Virus record (IMG/VR): IMGVR_UViG_3300033067_000511 | Location: 1-35,315 of that record | Reading direction: 5' to 3' (one strand) | Source: a virus | Lineage: Duplodnaviria; Caudoviricetes | Length of the DNA: 35,315 nt | In this document: positions 23,252-33,000 of the stretch, piece after piece | How the letters are laid out: each line of letters opens with the position of its first letter | Position numbering within the stretch: position 1 is the first letter of the stretch | Translations under genes and position numbers: made by a program | The notes under the pieces: model-generated | What the model was told of the DNA's origin: nothing | Seen by the model: the letters and a program-made list of their open reading frames with translations, nothing else | Databases searched by the model: none

Positions 23252-25351
23252 ATGCTGGTCCGTGAATACGCATCGGGTATTGGTCAGGCCGTCGCCGACC
23301 GTACTATCAACCGTCTGAAAGAAGACGGCACTCGTGAGACTTGGGGCGACGTCGCCCACCGTGTGGCTCTTGGCAACACGAGCCTCGTTCCGGGTCGGAA
23401 CACCGAATTTGATGTGATGCGGAAGCACCTGGCGCAAGCCTCGCTCCTGATGTCCGGTCGCCATCTGCAGCACGGCGACGAGAATCAGGGCCTGCGCCCG
23501 CAGGAGGTCTTCACCAACTGCTCGACCAGCGCAGCCTCGTTCCTGCTATTCCGGCTGCTGCTGTCTGGCTCCGGTGTCGGCACAGACTATTCCGACCACA
23601 TGCAGATCGTCGACTGGGCGCAGCGCATGCCCAACATCGTGGTCACGATCGACCCGTCGCACCCCGACAGCCTGACCGGCGAGATCAAGGCGATGTCCCT
23701 GCGGGACGCCGAGCACCTGTATCGCTTCACCGAGACCGTCGTTCACGTCGTCGAAGACAGCCGCGAGGGCTGGGCCGAGGCCGTGCAGCTGATCGAGAAG
23801 TTCGCCTTCAAGGGCTACAACGCGGTCACCCTGATCCTCGACTTCTCCAAGGTCCGTCACCGCGGCCAGCCGATCCGCGGCATGCAGAACCGCCCCGCCT
23901 CGGGCCCCGGCCCGCTGATGGAAGCCCTCCGTAAGATCGCCCTCGTCAAAGGCTCGAACATGGCTCCGTGGATGGCCACCATGTTCATCGACCACTATCT
24001 GGCCGAGTGCGTTCTGGTCGGCGGTGCCCGCCGCGCAGCCCGCATGGCGACCAAATACTGGAAGGACGCTGGCATCCTCGACTTCATCCAGTTGAAGCGC
24101 GGCGGCTTCCTCTGGTCGTCCAACAACTCGATCCTCGTCGACGCCGAGTTCTGGGCTGAGGCCCACATCGCGGGCACCTGGGCCAATCGGGTCTTCAACG
24201 CCGCGATCGAAGCCGCCTACCACGATGGCACTGGCGAACCCGGCTTCATCAACGTCGACAAGCTCGAGTTCGACCCCACCGGCATCGAGGATTACATCGA
24301 CGGTTCGTTCGTCGACATCCCGGAAATGCAGGCCTACCTCGCCGCCAAGGCTCGTGCCTGCCTCGCCGGTCCCTACCATGTGATCACCAACCCCTGCGGT
24401 GAGATCGTGCTGTTCCTGCTGGGCGGCTACTGCGTGATCGCCGACGTGGTGCCCTACTTCGCGGCCGACGACGATGACGCTGAGGAAGCCTTCCGCGTGG
24501 CCGCTCGGGCGCTGATCCGCACCAACCAGATGCGGTCGCTCTACGAGAAAGAGACCAAGCGCACCAACCGCATCGGCGTGGGCTTCACCGGCCTGTTCGA
24601 GTTCGCCCTCAAGCGGTTCGGCTACGGCTGGCACGACCTGGTCGACGAGGCCAAGAGCCAGGACTTCTGGCTGCTGATGCAGCGGTTCTCCGAAGCGGTG
24701 AAGGAAGAGGCTGCGCTCTACGCGCGTGAGCTCGGCGTCACCGTCCCGCACACCGCGACGACCGTGAAGCCCGCTGGCACCACCAGCAAGCTGTTCAACC
24801 TGTCCGAAGGCGCACACCTCCCGGCCATGCTCTGGTATCTGCGCTGGGTCCAGTTCCGCAACGACGACCCGCTGATCGAGGAATACCGCACCAAGGGCTA
24901 CCCTGTCCGCGAACTGCGGTCCTACAACGGCACGACCATCGTTGGCTTCCCCACCAAGCCCGCGATCGTCGAACTGGCCGAGGAACTGGGTCTCGTCGAC
25001 AAGCTGGTGACCGCCGCACAGGCGACCCCGGAAGAGCAGTTCGAATGGCTGCGTCTGCTGGAGAAATACTGGATCGGTGAGAAGCAGGGCAACCAGGTCT
25101 CCTACACCCTGAAGTACGAGCCGAAGAAGGTCAGCTTCGACGAGTTCAAGGCGACGATCCTGGCCAACCAGCCCACCGTGAAGTGCTGCTCGGTCATGCC
25201 GCAGATCGACGGGACGGCCTACGAGTATCAACCCGAAGAGCCGGTCGCGAAGGGCTACTTCGAGTATCTCGTCGGGAACATCGAGGCGGCAGCGAATGAG
25301 GACATCGACCTCGACAGTCTCAAGTGCGCGTCGGGTGCCTGCCCGATCTAA
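23252..25351 (+). CDS. nrdJ: Class II (adenosylcobalamin-dependent) ribonucleotide reductase
   Basis: TNCS, NPCGEI, YC, KPAGT, C-terminal CASGACPI; no beta-subunit gene nearby. Confidence 0.92.
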   Translation: MLVREYASGIGQAVADRTINRLKEDGTRETWGDVAHRVALGNTSLVPGRNTEFDVMRKHLAQASLLMSGRHLQHGDENQGLRPQEVFTNCSTSAASFLLFRLLLSGSGVGTDYSDHMQIVDWAQRMPNIVVTIDPSHPDSLTGEIKAMSLRDAEHLYRFTETVVHVVEDSREGWAEAVQLIEKFAFKGYNAVTLILDFSKVRHRGQPIRGMQNRPASGPGPLMEALRKIALVKGSNMAPWMATMFIDHYLAECVLVGGARRAARMATKYWKDAGILDFIQLKRGGFLWSSNNSILVDAEFWAEAHIAGTWANRVFNAAIEAAYHDGTGEPGFINVDKLEFDPTGIEDYIDGSFVDIPEMQAYLAAKARACLAGPYHVITNPCGEIVLFLLGGYCVIADVVPYFAADDDDAEEAFRVAARALIRTNQMRSLYEKETKRTNRIGVGFTGLFEFALKRFGYGWHDLVDEAKSQDFWLLMQRFSEAVKEEAALYARELGVTVPHTATTVKPAGTTSKLFNLSEGAHLPAMLWYLRWVQFRNDDPLIEEYRTKGYPVRELRSYNGTTIVGFPTKPAIVELAEELGLVDKLVTAAQATPEEQFEWLRLLEKYWIGEKQGNQVSYTLKYEPKKVSFDEFKATILANQPTVKCCSVMPQIDGTAYEYQPEEPVAKGYFEYLVGNIEAAANEDIDLDSLKCASGACPI

Positions 25352-25354
25352 GAC

Positions 25355-25384
25355 AAAGGGGGCCGCGAGGCCCCCTTTCCTTTT
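25355..25384. terminator. Bidirectional terminator between convergent operons
   Basis: AAAGGGGGCC-GCGA-GGCCCCCTTTCCTTTT. Confidence 0.85.
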
Positions 25385-25671
25385 CAGCTTCTGGTCGGAT
25401 TGACCGGATGCACCAGCGCCGGAATGTAATGCGGCACCGGCCGATCGAACTCCTTGATGTGCCAGTGGTGGATCTGGCAGTGCTCGGACATGGCCGAGAT
25501 CCACTCCATCGCCCTCGGGAACTCGGGGGCCTCGTCCAACGTCTGCCAGGTCCATGACTGCAAGATGTTCGGCAGAGCCTCGTCCACGTACCAGAGGTCG
25601 ACCATGACCATCTTCTGCACGAACTCGATCGGTCTCGGCTCGGGCTCAGGCTTCTTTTTTCTCCAGAACAT
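25384..25671 (-). CDS. Hypothetical protein downstream of the spanins
   Basis: TGATG coupling to the Rz1 stop, GGAG SD; MFWRKKKPEPEP... Confidence 0.75.
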   Translation of the reverse strand: MFWRKKKPEPEPRPIEFVQKMVMVDLWYVDEALPNILQSWTWQTLDEAPEFPRAMEWISAMSEHCQIHHWHIKEFDRPVPHYIPALVHPVNPTRS

Positions 25672-25910
25672 CACTGACTCCATGTGGACAAGGCGGCGTG
25701 GCGAGAGCCACAGGCGCGCAACGCATCGCGGTCGCGGCCCCAATAGACTTCGATCTCTTGGTCGTTCAGCGCCCGTTGCGGCAGCACCACCGGTGTGGAA
25801 CAGGGCACGGTCAGGCTTGCCGGGGGTGCTAACTGCTGAACGTCAACGGCTGTTGAGGCGCAAGACGCGAGGCAAAGGCAGGCAAGCGGGAGCAGTAGGT
25901 TTCTCAGCAC
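25671..25910 (-). CDS. Rz1: o-spanin (Rz1-like lipoprotein)
   Basis: GTG start with GAGGA SD; lipobox LAS-C; Pro-rich; overlaps the 3' end of the i-spanin gene. Confidence 0.85.
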   Translation of the reverse strand: MLRNLLLPLACLCLASCASTAVDVQQLAPPASLTVPCSTPVVLPQRALNDQEIEVYWGRDRDALRACGSRHAALSTWSQ

Positions 25911-26145
25911 GGGCCTGGTCCTCAAGCTGCATGGCAAGGTTGTCACGGGCAGTCTCAGCGGCCAGCCGCTCGGCCTCTTTCCGCGAGGCCAGTTCGGCGT
26001 TGTGGATGGCGTCGGCCTGGGCCTCAGCTATCTTGATCGCGTGTTCGGCCGTCGCCTTGGCGTAGCCGAGGCGCTGGCCGTAGAAGAAGGCCCCTGTCGC
26101 CACAAGGATGGCGATGATGAGGACTATTTCAGACCAGCGAGGCAC
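25843..26145 (-). CDS. Rz: i-spanin (Rz-like)
   Basis: N-terminal TM, Ala-rich coiled coil, C-terminal Cys; follows the endolysin. Confidence 0.85.
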   Translation of the reverse strand: MPRWSEIVLIIAILVATGAFFYGQRLGYAKATAEHAIKIAEAQADAIHNAELASRKEAERLAAETARDNLAMQLEDQARAEKPTAPACLPLPRVLRLNSR

Positions 26146-26588
26146 AGCTTGGCTTCCTCGGCCCGCCGATTGACGAGCCCCTTGACCACCTTGCCCCCTG
26201 CCCTGTTGAAGAGGTTCATGCCGTTGCAGGCCGCGACGTAGTCCTTGCGGGCGAACGCCGACTGGAGCGTCTGCGACTTGCAGAACGCCCCGGCCCCGAC
26301 GTTGTAGGCCAGGGACAGGAACATGCCCGCAGCCTTGGGCGGCACGTCGTCAGGCATGCAGGGGTCGATCTTGACGTAGAACTCCCCGAGAGCACCGGAC
26401 AGCATCGCTTCGCACTCGGCCTTCGTGTAGATGCGGTCCTCGACGCCGCGCGTCTCGCCGAAGCAGACGGTCTTCACGTTGACGATGTCGTAGTAAGGGG
26501 CGAGGCGCAGTCCTTCCCACTTGGCGACGACCGGCAGAGCGGCGGCGACGGCCAGAGCAGCGGCTGCGGCGGCGAATCTCTTCTTCAT
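26124..26588 (-). CDS. Endolysin, GH24 lysozyme, probably SAR-type
   Basis: Ala-rich N-terminal anchor MKKRFAAAAAALAVAAAL; E-x8-D-x5-T triad; YNVG; GLVNRRAEE. Confidence 0.93.
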   Translation of the reverse strand: MKKRFAAAAAALAVAAALPVVAKWEGLRLAPYYDIVNVKTVCFGETRGVEDRIYTKAECEAMLSGALGEFYVKIDPCMPDDVPPKAAGMFLSLAYNVGAGAFCKSQTLQSAFARKDYVAACNGMNLFNRAGGKVVKGLVNRRAEEAKLCLAGLK

Positions 26589-26806
26589 TTCTTGAGGCTG
26601 TCCTGTGCGATGAGGCGCGAGGCAAAGGCACCGGCAGTGATCAGCAGGGTGACGGTGGGCCACATCCACGCGGGCAGTGCGAAGGTCCACTCAGACGGCA
26701 GGACGCTCATCGCCGCTTCGATGCCAGTCAGCAGCCCAGCGAGAGCGATAAGCCGAAGCGACCACGCTTTCTTCAGAACTTCCTGCCAGTTTTCGACCGG
26801 TTTCAA
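26585..26806 (-). CDS. Putative holin
   Basis: TTG start with GGAG SD; two TM segments, basic C-terminus; ATGA overlap with the endolysin. Confidence 0.8.
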   Translation of the reverse strand: MKPVENWQEVLKKAWSLRLIALAGLLTGIEAAMSVLPSEWTFALPAWMWPTVTLLITAGAFASRLIAQDSLKK

Positions 26807-27062
26807 TCACATCTCCAGTGTCTTTGACATGAACAAGCTCGACACCAAGCGAGACTTGTTCTTCTGTCAACTTTCTACCACTGGGACGGTGACTCCGTCT
26901 ATACTTTACATCCAAGTATCGGGTGATGCCATCCTTGACGATGACCAGGTCGATGGGTGATCCAGGGTTTAAGGCGAGAAAGACGTCCCAACCCCGCTTC
27001 ATGAAGTGGGCCGCGGCTATACCCTCGGCCCACGCTCCTATGAGATCCGTATTCTTACCCAC
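26691..27062 (-). CDS. PD-(D/E)XK endonuclease-like protein
   Basis: G..AE..A...F..RGW.V........DLV......LDVK. Confidence 0.78.
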   Translation of the reverse strand: MGKNTDLIGAWAEGIAAAHFMKRGWDVFLALNPGSPIDLVIVKDGITRYLDVKYRRSHRPSGRKLTEEQVSLGVELVHVKDTGDVIETGRKLAGSSEESVVASAYRSRWAADWHRSGDERPAV

Positions 27063-27306
27063 CCTGCACCGGAAGTAGTTTCGTCAGGCCGATCAGAAGG
27101 GCGACAATCGTGCCCGCAACCATCACCAACTTGATGGCCCCAGAACCCTGGGCCATCTGAGTCTTCAGGGCGACGATCTCGGCGTCCTGCTTGTCGAGCT
27201 TCTTCTCGATCTTCGAGAGAAGCTCGGTAACCTGTTCCCACCGAGTGGTCTGGATCGTCTGCTGGGTCGCCATTGCGATTTTCAGTTCATTAATCTGGTC
27301 CTGCAT
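27055..27306 (-). CDS. Coiled-coil protein with C-terminal TM (holin/antiholin-like)
   Basis: 83 aa, heptad pattern then a hydrophobic helix; head of the lysis cassette. Confidence 0.75.
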   Translation of the reverse strand: MQDQINELKIAMATQQTIQTTRWEQVTELLSKIEKKLDKQDAEIVALKTQMAQGSGAIKLVMVAGTIVALLIGLTKLLPVQGG

Positions 27307-27371
27307 GGCGCACCTATCAGATAGATCTAGCCCTCCGGTTATCAAAAAGAGACGGTTTTGTCTGGTTTTTC

Positions 27372-27995
27372 TTACCTGTAGTTGGCGATGATCTTCTTCA
27401 CCAGCTTGGACCGCACGATGTCTGCTTCATCAAACTGGATGATCTTGGCAACATTACTATGACGCTCCAAAGCATCCTCGAGGCCCGAGGGGCCTTCGAT
27501 GTCAACCTGATCCAGGTCGCCCGACACACACACACGGGCGTAGTCGCCGAGGCGCGTCAGGAAGAGTTTCATCTGTTTGGGGGAGCAGTTCTGCGCTTCG
27601 TCGAACAGCACGAAGGAATCGTTGAACGTGCGGCCGCGCATGAAGGCGAAAGGGGCGATCTCGATCTGCTTGTTCTTCAACATCTGGTCGACGTTGGGGA
27701 AGTGCTGATCCATGATCTCGCGGATCGGGGCGAAGTAGGGAGCGAACTTCTCGTTCACATCACCGGGGAGAAAGCCCATGTCTTCCTCAGCCTGGACCAT
27801 GGGGCGCGTAACAACGATGCGCTTGATCTGTTCACTCTTCAGGAGTTCGCAAGCATAGCTGGTTGCGATGTAGGTTTTCCCAGTGCCTGCGGGACCAACT
27901 GCGAACGTCAGCTGGAAATTCTCAAGGGCGGAAAGCAGTTCTTTCTGCGAAGCGTTGCGGGGGGAGAGGGTATCGGATCTACGACGTCTGCTCAT
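27372..27995 (-). CDS. phoH: PhoH-family ATPase
   Basis: PRNASQ, GPAGTGKT, GFLPGD..EK..PY, AFMRGRTF, DEAQN, GDLDQVD, DIVRS; start uncertain (ORF open to 28121). Confidence 0.95.
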   Translation of the reverse strand: MSRRRRSDTLSPRNASQKELLSALENFQLTFAVGPAGTGKTYIATSYACELLKSEQIKRIVVTRPMVQAEEDMGFLPGDVNEKFAPYFAPIREIMDQHFPNVDQMLKNKQIEIAPFAFMRGRTFNDSFVLFDEAQNCSPKQMKLFLTRLGDYARVCVSGDLDQVDIEGPSGLEDALERHSNVAKIIQFDEADIVRSKLVKKIIANYR

Positions 27996-28089
27996 AACTG
28001 GGGCCTGTGATTTGTCCACGGCCCCATTCAAGCAGTTTTTGGAGGTGAAGTCAGGTTTATCACTCGGGAAAACCTGTCTTTTTTCTTCA

Positions 28090-28710
28090 TCAACGAATCG
28101 AGATAAGGTGTAGTCTTGCATTCGTCGCTGTGGTCCAAGAAGCGGTCACCGTAAAGGTTCCAATAGGAACCTTCTCAACCTTGTAGGAGCTCAGTGCAAT
28201 GATGCCGGATTGCTCCACAAACTCTGGCACGGGTGATCCAGCGGAGGCAACAATACTCACGGTTCGAGATGCTGCCAACCAGAGTCCACCCAAGATCAAA
28301 CTGTTCTTATCAGGAATGGTCATCGGCACAGCAACGCTCGTAACACCAGTGTATACGTTCGCGTTTCCATAGGTCGGAACTCGGCTTCTGAAGTTACTGA
28401 CCTCGAACAAGAGTGGATTGTCGATATAACCAGATCCGGTATAGGTAGCCGACACGTTTTGGATCGTACCATCCCCTATCAGAGTATGGAAAGTCGTGTT
28501 CTGGCTCTGGCTGACTTGTGTCCAACCACTTGGGTTGTTCATGTAGGTGCTGCTATTGGACCCCACGCCGATCATCACATAGAGCTTACCGCTCGTTGTG
28601 GGCATAGTAGCTTGCAAAGTTGTTGAGGTGTTCGCGTACGAACTAAAGTACCATTTTCTAGCTGTGGGAAAGCTCTCACCAGCACCAGTGAAGGGCATCA
28701 ATCCGATCAT
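28090..28710 (-). CDS. Tail fibre-associated or receptor-binding accessory protein
   Basis: S/T/G-rich beta protein coupled (ATGA) to the tail fibre; lower GC. Confidence 0.65.
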   Translation of the reverse strand: MIGLMPFTGAGESFPTARKWYFSSYANTSTTLQATMPTTSGKLYVMIGVGSNSSTYMNNPSGWTQVSQSQNTTFHTLIGDGTIQNVSATYTGSGYIDNPLLFEVSNFRSRVPTYGNANVYTGVTSVAVPMTIPDKNSLILGGLWLAASRTVSIVASAGSPVPEFVEQSGIIALSSYKVEKVPIGTFTVTASWTTATNARLHLISIR

Positions 28711-30089
28711 TGCAGGGCCACCACGTTTGCCAAAGTACTCGTACCAAACTTGGTGATGAAGACCATGAAGTTGTGGGTCGTTCCAGTTGTGAAGGTGTCA
28801 CCAGTGGTTTTCGTGAAGCCAGACAGCGTCACAGCACCAGCGCCGGTCGTGTTGCTGACACGGATCACGATGCTGTAGTTACCCGCCAGAGAGGGGGCGG
28901 TGATGGTGAAAGCACCACCGTTGGTGATCTGTTGGAAGTTACCGCCGGTGGGGTCCACTGTGAATGAAGTGGAGGCCGTCAAGTTCTTCGTCGCAGCAGT
29001 GAAGCCGCTGTCGAGGGTCATGTTGCCAGACAGGGTGCCTGCGATCGTCACCGTGGACGCGCTCGAGCCGAGGGTGATGTTTCCACCGAGGGGGTTCAAC
29101 GCCAGGACAGAGGCAGCGCCATTGTTCCGAACCTGGATGTCGTTGTTGTCCATCACCAGGTTGACACTGGAGGTGGTTCCGATCTGGAAGCTATGACCGG
29201 TCGATGTCAGAGACAGAGCGTAAGCGTCGAGGCGCGCAGTCGGCGCAGTCACGGTGCCTGTGAACGTCGGGCTGGCGGTCGGAGCCTTCGCGTTGATCTG
29301 CGTCTGGATCGCGCTGGTCACACCCGTCAGATAACTGAGCTCCGTGGCCGTCACGGCGCTGGCCGCAACCTTCCCACTGGCGTCTGATACCAGGGCCACG
29401 CTGGCCGTCAGGTTAGCGGTCGCGATGGTGGTCGCGCCGCCGGTGATCGTCGCCTGCTTGGCGTTCAACTGCGTCTGGATCGCACTGGTCACACCAACCA
29501 GATGGTTGATCTGCGCCGCAGTGGCGGTGATGGCCGTCCCACCCAGAGTCAGCGACGTGGCCGTCACACCAGCGAAGGTGACATCAGAGGTGGTCAGAAG
29601 GTTCTGGCCAACTGAGTAACCACTGACCGTACCAGAGTTGGTCGCATATGGCAGAGTGATGGTAGCCAGGTCGGTGTTGCCGAAGGTCTGCAGCTTGATA
29701 GTGTTTCCGGCGATGGTGATCTTGTTGGCGTAGCGGGCGTCAGACTCGGTCTCGGTGAAGTAGCGATCGTCGTGCGTGTGTGCCGAGGGTGCGAAGGTCG
29801 ATGGAACCCCTGTGAGGTTTGCCCACGCCAGATAATAGGTGCCGTCCTGACCATCGAGCTTGTCGACGTCGATCATGTACTTCGACTGAAGAGCAGACCA
29901 TGCACCAAGAGCAGAGCGGATTTCCCAATACCCATTGGTCGGATTCCAACGGATCGTCCCAGTGGCGAGGTTCGTGGCCGTCGAATACGTCGGACTGAAT
30001 TGAACCGCAGCGTCTATGTCTCGGTTCTTGAAAGCATCAAGAACCGTGACGTATGTAGACGCAAGAACTGGAGTACTCCAATCAGCCAT
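28707..30089 (-). CDS. Tail fibre protein
   Basis: DKLDGQDG, PSAHTHDDRYFTETE, repeated GVTSAIQTQ.NAK, ASPTFTG motifs typical of fibres. Confidence 0.88.
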   Translation of the reverse strand: MADWSTPVLASTYVTVLDAFKNRDIDAAVQFSPTYSTATNLATGTIRWNPTNGYWEIRSALGAWSALQSKYMIDVDKLDGQDGTYYLAWANLTGVPSTFAPSAHTHDDRYFTETESDARYANKITIAGNTIKLQTFGNTDLATITLPYATNSGTVSGYSVGQNLLTTSDVTFAGVTATSLTLGGTAITATAAQINHLVGVTSAIQTQLNAKQATITGGATTIATANLTASVALVSDASGKVAASAVTATELSYLTGVTSAIQTQINAKAPTASPTFTGTVTAPTARLDAYALSLTSTGHSFQIGTTSSVNLVMDNNDIQVRNNGAASVLALNPLGGNITLGSSASTVTIAGTLSGNMTLDSGFTAATKNLTASTSFTVDPTGGNFQQITNGGAFTITAPSLAGNYSIVIRVSNTTGAGAVTLSGFTKTTGDTFTTGTTHNFMVFITKFGTSTLANVVALQ

Positions 30090-33000
30090 CAGTAGCCCCT
30101 AGCAGACCAAGAAAAGTTTCCGCTGACCCGATTGCCGCTGACATCATACATGAGGACTTTGAAGCTGGTCGGATAAGGGACATCGACGAAATCATATACT
30201 GCAAACCGCGCAGTAGTCGAGAGGGGAGTTACAGAGATCGACTGAACATCAATGAAACTTGCCCCAAAGTTCACAGTCGTTCCGCCAGCGTCGGCAGCAT
30301 TGGCGGTGCCACTACCACTTGCGCTCTTCGTCTTGGTGTTCAGGCGCACGTTGATCTTGTTGATGACAAGCAAGTCATCCTTGGTGTCACCAGTCACCCG
30401 AATGGTAAAGCGCACATAGCGGAAGTTGGTGGCGAAGCCTTGAGAATTGCCAACCGTCAGCGACGTCCACGCATCACCCACCGCGGCCTTGACGTCGATA
30501 TCGACGCTGAAAGCGGAGTTCCCGAGGGTGAGTTCAACGGTCGGAGTCACAGTGATCAGGGACGACACCAGGATCGCGCCGTAGTCAAAGGTCTCCTGGT
30601 AGCTCGATGCAAGACCCGTGGACGGCTGCAGCCAGTAGCTATAGCCATCAGTGATCTGGTCCTGCACGGTGCTGTTCGAGACGCTCGTCCAGTGCTGTTC
30701 GTAGGTCTCAGTTTCGTTGACCCCGAAGTACATCTTCCCATCGTTGACGTAGCAGCGGGTCTTGGTGCCGGTGTAGGCCGAATCGAAGTCAGCCTGCAGC
30801 ACGAAGTCCTGCGGCTGCGACACCACAGCAGAGACCGCAGATGGCACACCGTAGTTGCCAGCGGTGTCGATGTTGACGACCCAGTAGGTGTAGGTTCCGG
30901 CCTGGAACTCGAAGAAGGGCGCGAAGGTCGCGTCAACCTGTTGGAGGAAGGTTGCGGTTGCGAACGTCGAGCCCCTGCGGACTTCCGTGTTGCGGATCGG
31001 CAGCGTTCCAACCCCATTGGTCCAACGCAGCAGGACGTTGTTGTCCAAGACCTCAGGTTTGATGACCGGTGCGGTGGGAGCGGTGACTTCCAGCGTGTCG
31101 GTGAAGACGGCGGAAGCATTGCCAGCAACATCAATGGCCTGGATCTTGAAGGTCTCGACACCGATGAAGTCAGCCTTGAAGCTGTAGCTGTTCGCAGAGA
31201 GACGGGTGATAACCGTGTTTGCCGCGCCGCGCATCAGGACATACTCGCTGATCGGCAGCGTACTGGTGGGCACGTTCCAAGACAGTCGAACCTGGTCGGA
31301 GACGATCGCCGTTTCCAGCACCAAGGCGGTCGGAGCGTTGATCGCCCGAGTGGTCGTACCGAACGCGCCGGTGTTGCCTGCTTCGTCCACTGCACGGACG
31401 CTGTAGACCTTGGTGCCAGAGAAGTCGATCGGAACAACAGCAGAGGTGCCAGAGACTTTCTGGAGGACTGCGCCGTCGCGCCAGATTTCGTATTCACGAA
31501 TGCCGAGTTCGGACGCGGGTTCGGTCCACGTCAGCCGCAAGCTCTTGTCCACGATCACGTTGGCAACAGCGGGAGCCAGAGGTGCATCGACCGTTTCGGA
31601 GACGACAGTCTGAGTGCTGAGGTTTCCGTTGATGTCCTCAGCGACCACACCGTAGCTGCGAGTTCCATTCCAATTGACTTGGGTTGACCAGCTCAAAGCG
31701 TCGATGATGGCAAGGAGCGTCCCGGTCGCGGAGTTGGAGATCCGATACTGCTTGATCGGCAGCGTTCCACGAACCCCGGTCCAGGTCAGGGTGAGCAACG
31801 ACTTCGACAGCTGGCTCTGAAGGTTCAGAACCGAGGGGGCCGAAACGGTGGTCGAGGTCACGCCAGCATCACCAGCCACACCGGCCGAGTTGACTGCCCA
31901 GACCTCGAACTGACGAGTGCCAGTCCAGGTGATCGGAATGACGTAGCTCGTCGCCTTCAGGTCGCTGTCGAGGATCACGCCGCTCGTCTTGTCGCGCACG
32001 ATGTAGCGCAGGATCGGAAGGTCTGACGTCGGCACGTTCCAGGAGAGGTTGAAGGTGCCCTCGTTCACCGTCCCAGTGGGGGTGATGGTCTGGGGCTTGC
32101 TGATCGTGACCGGCAGGGTGAACTGAGGAGATTCTACAGACGCCGTATTGATGGCCCGAACGCGGAAGGTCCGAGTCCCAGTCCAAGTCAAAGGAACTGT
32201 GTAGGAGGTCACCGCACCACGGAAGATCTCGACGTTGTCGAGGGTGATGACGTATTCCTTGATCGGAACCACGATGCTGGTCGGCGGGGTGATGGACAGC
32301 CGGTAGTTCGAACCCAAGATGTCGAAGGTCAGCGTCGGAGCACCAGGCTGCTGCACAGAGTGGGTCAGCACCAGAGAGCCGGTGCTGTAGTTGCCACTCG
32401 TGTCCACCGCCTTGATCCGATAGGTGATCGTAGAGCCGCTCGGGTTCGAGTGCGTGTAGACGCTGGATTTCGCCGTTGCCAAACGGGTGGCAGTCTCCCA
32501 GGAGGTTCCACCAGTGCGGATCTCGTAGAAGTCCAGATCGAGATCGGTGACATCGCTCCAATCAACCCGAACATCAGTCAGAAGCTGGGAGGTCGTGCCA
32601 GTCAGAGGAGTTTTTGGAGGAACACTCTTCCCCAGAACAACATGGCTGACCGTGGCCGACTGTGGGCTGCGGTTGCCGATCGTGTTCACAGCGCGAACGT
32701 AGACCTGATAGGTCATCCCATCCTGGACGTTCGAGATGTAAGCCTCCGTCCCGGTGACCGAAAACTTGGAATAAGCATCACGGTCGAGGCGCTTGTAATA
32801 CACCTCATACTCATCGACGAACGACTTCGGATCATGATCCCACGAGACACGAATGCGGCTGTTAACCTGACCAGTCGAGTTCAGATAAAGCTGATTGGTG
32901 CCAGACTCGCAGGCTAGATTCACAGGCGCAGCAGGGAAAGCAGATCGCTCGAACGAATAATTCTGGGTCGGCTCAGGAGAGATATCGAGCTCGTCAGCGT

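Noticed and set aside
23546-25555. 669-aa minus-strand ORF
   Set aside because: Shadow of nrdJ that runs through the terminator; no recognisable domain
28090-30089. Diversity-generating retroelement or invertible tail-fibre cassette
   Set aside because: No reverse transcriptase, no adenine-specific TR/VR pair, no invertase or flanking inverted repeats seen
30440-31687. 415-aa plus-strand ORF (and 33815-34624)
   Set aside because: Antisense to the J-like gene; R/G/V-rich shadow composition
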